Positions 15,455 to 18,966 of a stretch of 18,966 bases of DNA are shown piece after piece. The DNA is from Candidatus Woesearchaeota archaeon (lineage in GTDB: Archaea; Nanobdellota; Nanobdellia; Nanobdellales; CAZNIQ01): positions 1 to 18,966 of the forward strand of contig CAZNIQ010000013.1 of NCBI GenBank assembly GCA_964573185.1, read 5' to 3'. Under the pieces are notes generated by a model, which did no database searches, was not told the DNA's origin, and was given only the letters and a program-made list of their open reading frames with translations. Every line of letters starts with the position of its first letter. Position 1 is the first letter of the stretch. The translations under genes were made by a program, and so were the position numbers.

Positions 15455-15462
15455 TATTTAAA
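15455..15462. promoter_or_regulatory. Shared bidirectional TATA box (TATTTAAA / TTTAAATA) between sR-e and vapB
   Basis: The element lies 23-30 nt from the first base of the sR-e C box (15432, minus strand) and 22-29 nt from the vapB ATG (15484, plus strand). The minus-strand reading TTTAAATA matches the archaeal TATA consensus TTTAWATA. Confidence 0.45.
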
Positions 15463-15483
15463 GAAGTCTTACTACCAGTATGA

Positions 15484-15729
15484 ATGGAAGTTAAGGTAGG
15501 TTCAAAGGGTCAGATAGTTATTCCGAAAGAATTAAGAGAAAAATATGGTATTAAAGAAAATACTTTGGTTCGAATAATACCTACAGAAGAAGGAATTCTT
15601 ATAAAGCGAAAAAGGGATTTGATAGAAGTACTAAAAGAAATTATAGAAAAAAAGGAAATAAAGAAAAAATATAAATTAGAGAAGGTAAATGCTTCAAATG
15701 TTTATCTCGAAATGGAATTTGAGGAATGA
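15484..15729 (+). CDS. vapB: AbrB/SpoVT-fold antitoxin (VapB-type), 81 aa
   Basis: KGQIVIPKELREKYGIKENTLVRI is the swapped-hairpin AbrB/MazE motif. There is a 4-nt ATGA overlap with the downstream PIN gene. Confidence 0.8.
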   Translation: MEVKVGSKGQIVIPKELREKYGIKENTLVRIIPTEEGILIKRKRDLIEVLKEIIEKKEIKKKYKLEKVNASNVYLEMEFEE

Positions 15730-16127
15730 AGTATTTTATAGATTCTTCAACATTAATATATTTTGTAACTCAAACCCCAGAGGATAAATTAAATAAGTTA
15801 TTTAATTTATTTAAAAAGCTTAAAAGTGAAGGAGCTGAATTTTATACAAATATTTTAGTATTAGATGAAGTTTTATGGGTTTGCAGAAAGAAATATAGCA
15901 TTCAATACAAAGATACTATAAAAATTTTAATTGAATTATTATCTGACATAAGAATATTACCTTTAACTGAAATGGACTTCTATTATGCAATAAGATTACT
16001 AGTTAATTATAATTTAAAGCCATCGGATGCTATCCACGTTGCAAATATGTTAAATAATGGAATTCCAATTATAATTTCAGAAGATAAAGAATTCGATAGA
16101 ATAGTAAAGAGAATATGGATAGAATAG
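15726..16127 (+). CDS. vapC: PIN-domain ribonuclease toxin (VapC-type), 133 aa
   Basis: The acidic PIN residues are in the expected order (FIDSS..., LDEVLW, PSDAIHVA, SEDKEFD). It is a typical size and is coupled to an AbrB antitoxin. Confidence 0.8.
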   Translation: MKYFIDSSTLIYFVTQTPEDKLNKLFNLFKKLKSEGAEFYTNILVLDEVLWVCRKKYSIQYKDTIKILIELLSDIRILPLTEMDFYYAIRLLVNYNLKPSDAIHVANMLNNGIPIIISEDKEFDRIVKRIWIE

Positions 16128-16993
16128 TAATTTCACATTATCAAGCTAAAAGAATTCTAGCTGGTTGGGTTACTGGATTAAAAGAAGTACCAGTCTCTTT
16201 AGATCTAGGGAGAACGATATCTAAAGTTATAATCGACTCTCCAAATGTAATATTTCCTGATGGTTCAAAAATACATATAAATATAATTAGAAAAATAGCT
16301 TTGGATACGAGATCCGTTTATTTAATTGAAAATAATGAGGTTAAGAAAGTTCAATTTTTTTCAGAGGAGACTCAGAAGTTTTATAAATTAGTTCCTACAG
16401 GAGAAAACACCCCACCAACATTAGAAATATCAGGTATCCATATGCATCGAATAAAAGATGTTGATCCTTTAACGGACACATTGCAAAAACTAGAACTAAT
16501 AAAACCTTTGGAAAATACCTTTGTTCTTGATACGTGTACAGGTTTAGGATATACTGCAATATATGCAAGAAAACTTGGAGCAAAAAAAGTTATAACAGTA
16601 GAAAAAGATCCATATGTAATTGAGATAGCAAAATATAATCCTTGGTCAAAGGAGCTTTTTGAAGATGAAAATATAATACTTTACATAAATGATATTACAA
16701 GGTTTATTAGAAACTTTGAAAATGAAATCTTTGATAGAATTATACATGATCCTCCAAGGTTCTCTTATCAAACAGCGAATCTTTACTCTATTCTGTTATA
16801 CAAAGAATTCTATAGGGTTTTGAAACCCGGTGGAAAACTAGTTCATTACGTCGGAAAACCAAAACATAAAAGAGGCTTTGATTTGAAGAAAAATGTTATG
16901 AAAAAATTAAGAGAAGTTGGCTTCAGAAAAGTTTATTTTGATGAAAAATCTCTATGTGTCTATGCTGAAAAACCTAGGAAAGGTTCCAAATAA
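16115..16993 (+). CDS. SAM-dependent methyltransferase with an N-terminal extension (resembles the 'predicted archaeal methyltransferase' COG2521 group), 292 aa
   Basis: Motif I VLDTCTGLGYTAIYA, acidic loop VEKD, and motif IV-like HDPPRF (amino-methyltransferase (D/N)PP(F/Y)-like). The substrate is unknown. Confidence 0.7.
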   Translation: MDRIVISHYQAKRILAGWVTGLKEVPVSLDLGRTISKVIIDSPNVIFPDGSKIHINIIRKIALDTRSVYLIENNEVKKVQFFSEETQKFYKLVPTGENTPPTLEISGIHMHRIKDVDPLTDTLQKLELIKPLENTFVLDTCTGLGYTAIYARKLGAKKVITVEKDPYVIEIAKYNPWSKELFEDENIILYINDITRFIRNFENEIFDRIIHDPPRFSYQTANLYSILLYKEFYRVLKPGGKLVHYVGKPKHKRGFDLKKNVMKKLREVGFRKVYFDEKSLCVYAEKPRKGSK

Positions 16994-17567
16994 AGCTTTT
17001 GTTCTAATAACAGGGGATAATGGAGTAGGGAAATCAATATTGGCTTTACAATTAGCTTCAGAATTAAATAAGAAAACTTTAATTGTATCAACGCAAGAAG
17101 ACGAAGAGGAAATAAAAAGAAGGGTAGAAACGTTTAATTTTAATTTAAAAGAATACAAAGTTGAATTTATTTCTAACGAAATCTACGAAGGGTTAGATTC
17201 TACTGATCTATTTACAATTGACTTTGAAGGCTTGCTATCTTTAGTTTTAGAAAATTATGAAGTTATCGTTTTGGACTCAATTGATTTTTTAGAGTTTATG
17301 TTCGAAGATTTTAATTTATTTAGAAAAGCATTAATAGTTTTGAAGAATATTGCAAGAAAACAAAACAAAATATTAATCGCAGTATCATCAGTTTATTCTG
17401 ATCCGGAAAAAGAAAGTTTTGAACAATTTCTTTCAGATATTGTAATTGAAATGTATTATAAAGATAGTGAAAGATATTTATTTATAAAGAAAAATAGGTT
17501 CTCTAAACATGATAATAAAGAAAGAAGATTTAAGATTGAGGATAAAAAAGGAATAGTTATTTTATAA
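16917..17567 (+). CDS. RecA-superfamily ATPase, KaiC/RadB-like single domain (COG0467-like), up to 216 aa
   Basis: Walker A GDNGVGKS and Walker B-like VIVLDSID. The track start at 16917 is TTG and overlaps the methyltransferase by 77 nt. In-frame ATGs at 16941 and 16962 are alternative starts. Confidence 0.65.
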   Translation: MASEKFILMKNLYVSMLKNLGKVPNKAFVLITGDNGVGKSILALQLASELNKKTLIVSTQEDEEEIKRRVETFNFNLKEYKVEFISNEIYEGLDSTDLFTIDFEGLLSLVLENYEVIVLDSIDFLEFMFEDFNLFRKALIVLKNIARKQNKILIAVSSVYSDPEKESFEQFLSDIVIEMYYKDSERYLFIKKNRFSKHDNKERRFKIEDKKGIVIL

Positions 17568-18210
17568 ACTCTATTAAACTCTTCTGCTTTTTCTTTTCAA
17601 TTATTTCTTTAAAAGTTTTCCATTGAACTCTTATATAATCGATTATCTCCTCCCAATGATCTTCTAAGAATTTTCTTGTCTTTGGATCAGAAGGATATCC
17701 CGAACCAAAATCCCCAAATCGCTCTTTCAATTTTTCTATTTCTCTATCTCTTTCAACTTTAGCTATAATACTTGCAGCAGAAACTATAGGGTATTTTTTA
17801 TCAGCTTTGTTTTCAGCAATAATCTTTACATCTTTTTTTAACAAAGATAGTAATTTTAGTTTAAAATTTTTGGGATTTGGGGAGGGAGTATCAATATATA
17901 TTTCTTCAGCATCACTTTCATTTATTATTTCTGCAAAATATTTTAGTTCCAATTCATTTAAACTTTTGCCTTTCGACATCCATTCATTAATTTCTATGGG
18001 CCATATTTTTTTAACATATATTTTATCTGCAATTTTCTCTATTTCTTTATATAGCTCTTCCCTTTGCTCTCTAGTTAACTCCTTTGAATCTTTTACCCCT
18101 ATTTCCCTTAACTTTTGTTCTTTTTCTTCAGAAATCTCTACTCCGACTATAACTAATGGTCCTATTACAGGTCCCCTTCCAGCTTCGTCAATTCCTAATT
18201 TAAATTTCAA
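17557..18210 (-). CDS. rnhB: Ribonuclease HII, 217 aa
   Basis: GIDEAGRGPVIGPLV (the DEAGRG catalytic motif), SASIIAKVERD, and GSGYPSD. Confidence 0.95.
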   Translation of the reverse strand: MKFKLGIDEAGRGPVIGPLVIVGVEISEEKEQKLREIGVKDSKELTREQREELYKEIEKIADKIYVKKIWPIEINEWMSKGKSLNELELKYFAEIINESDAEEIYIDTPSPNPKNFKLKLLSLLKKDVKIIAENKADKKYPIVSAASIIAKVERDREIEKLKERFGDFGSGYPSDPKTRKFLEDHWEEIIDYIRVQWKTFKEIIEKKKQKSLIEFIK

Positions 18211-18886
18211 ATTCTTCTAGAGGTTTCAATATCTTAACTTCAATTCCAACAGGTTCTAAAAGCTTCTTTAATTCCTCAGGATTTGCTCTTATAACATCCC
18301 AGGTATTATAATGTATCGGAACAACTATTCTTGGTCTTAAGAACCTAGCAGCATAAGCAGCTTGCTTAACATCCATAGTATACAAACCTCCTATAGGTAG
18401 GAAAGCCACGTCTATTGGACCAAACAATTCCGGAAATAATTGCATATCTGAAAATACCATAGTATCTCCTGCATGATAGAACCTTCTACCATCTAGATAT
18501 ACAATAAAGCCACCGGGATTTCCTGTTGGATATATTTTGTCTTCAACAACGTTTCCAGAGTGTACTGCTGGAACTAAAGTTATTGCTAAATCTTCTGAAA
18601 CCTTTAATGTCCCTCCGAAGTTCATAGGAATAGTTTTTGCTCCTTGAGATTCTAACCATACCGCTAATTCATATATAGCAACTATTGGAGCATTATCTCT
18701 TTCAGATAAAGCTATAGCATCTCCTAAATGATCTTTATGCCCATGTGTAACTAAAATAAAATCTACTTTAGGGATATCTTTCAAAGAAATATCATAGGGA
18801 TTGTCTTCTATGTAAGGATCAATAATTATTGTATATGTTCCTTGTAAGAGAACTGCAGCGTGTCCTAGGAACTTAACTCTGACCAT
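18200..18886 (-). CDS. Metallo-beta-lactamase-fold hydrolase, UPF0173 family, 228 aa
   Basis: FLGHAAVLL...ILVTHGHKDHLGD (HxHxDH zinc motif) plus later H and D ligands. Length and N-terminus are typical of the archaeal and bacterial UPF0173 metal-dependent hydrolases. Confidence 0.85.
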   Translation of the reverse strand: MVRVKFLGHAAVLLQGTYTIIIDPYIEDNPYDISLKDIPKVDFILVTHGHKDHLGDAIALSERDNAPIVAIYELAVWLESQGAKTIPMNFGGTLKVSEDLAITLVPAVHSGNVVEDKIYPTGNPGGFIVYLDGRRFYHAGDTMVFSDMQLFPELFGPIDVAFLPIGGLYTMDVKQAAYAARFLRPRIVVPIHYNTWDVIRANPEELKKLLEPVGIEVKILKPLEEFEI

Positions 18887-18966
18887 TTTCTTTCTTTTCT
18901 TCTTCCTTTTTAACCCTTTCTACATACCATTCCCTTTTAACCTTAACTAACTTAACAGAATTTAAT
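18873..18966 (-). CDS. 3' end of an unidentified gene entering from the right edge (last 30 codons only)
   Basis: The open frame on the minus strand reads ...LNSVKLVKVKREWYVERVKKEEEKKENGQS* with stop TAA at 18875-18873. It overlaps the downstream start by 14 nt. It is too short to assign. Confidence 0.3.
   Translation of the reverse strand, partial: LNSVKLVKVKREWYVERVKKEEEKKENGQS

Noticed and set aside
17807-18220. A 137-aa ORF on the plus strand, antisense to RNase HII.
   Set aside because: It is a shadow ORF with an F/S/I/L-rich translation and no motif. The opposite strand encodes an unmistakable RNase HII.

Overview
This is an AT-rich (roughly 30% GC by eye, not computed) and very compact archaeal chromosomal segment. 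The proteins are K/E/I-rich in the style of hyperthermophiles, and many genes overlap, so a small or reduced genome is likely. I cannot name the lineage: the FlaD/E-type archaellum protein argues for a euryarchaeal or DPANN/Nanoarchaeota-like organism rather than a crenarchaeon.

The protein content is mostly core informational genes:
- DNA and translation: topoisomerase VI subunits B and A, Hjc resolvase, RNase HII, CysRS, ribosomal protein L39e (short, absent from the ORF track) and tRNA-Ala(CGC).
- Small-subunit biogenesis and RNA modification, which are notably concentrated here: Nob1, a Dim2/Pno1-like KH protein, Nep1, and a TrmJ-like SpoU methyltransferase.
- Others: a VapBC pair, an amino-methyltransferase, a KaiC/RadB-like ATPase, a RimK-type ATP-grasp ligase, a PAP2 phosphatase, a radical SAM enzyme, and several unassignable ORFs.

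The main result lies outside the ORF track. Five box C/D sRNA genes with near-perfect C-12nt-D'-loop-C'-12nt-D geometry are wedged into tiny gaps or overlap gene ends (1835-1884 +, 2730-2778 +, 4331-4459 +, 5832-5881 -, 15385-15432 -). The one at 4331-4459 is unusual. Its D' and C' boxes are separated by an 83-nt GC-rich insert that folds as a complete archaeal H/ACA-type hairpin, with a lower stem followed by ACA, a bipartite pocket, and a textbook K-turn in the upper stem. That makes it a candidate composite methylation plus pseudouridylation guide RNA.

I saw no CRISPR array, transposase, integrase or obvious defence island.
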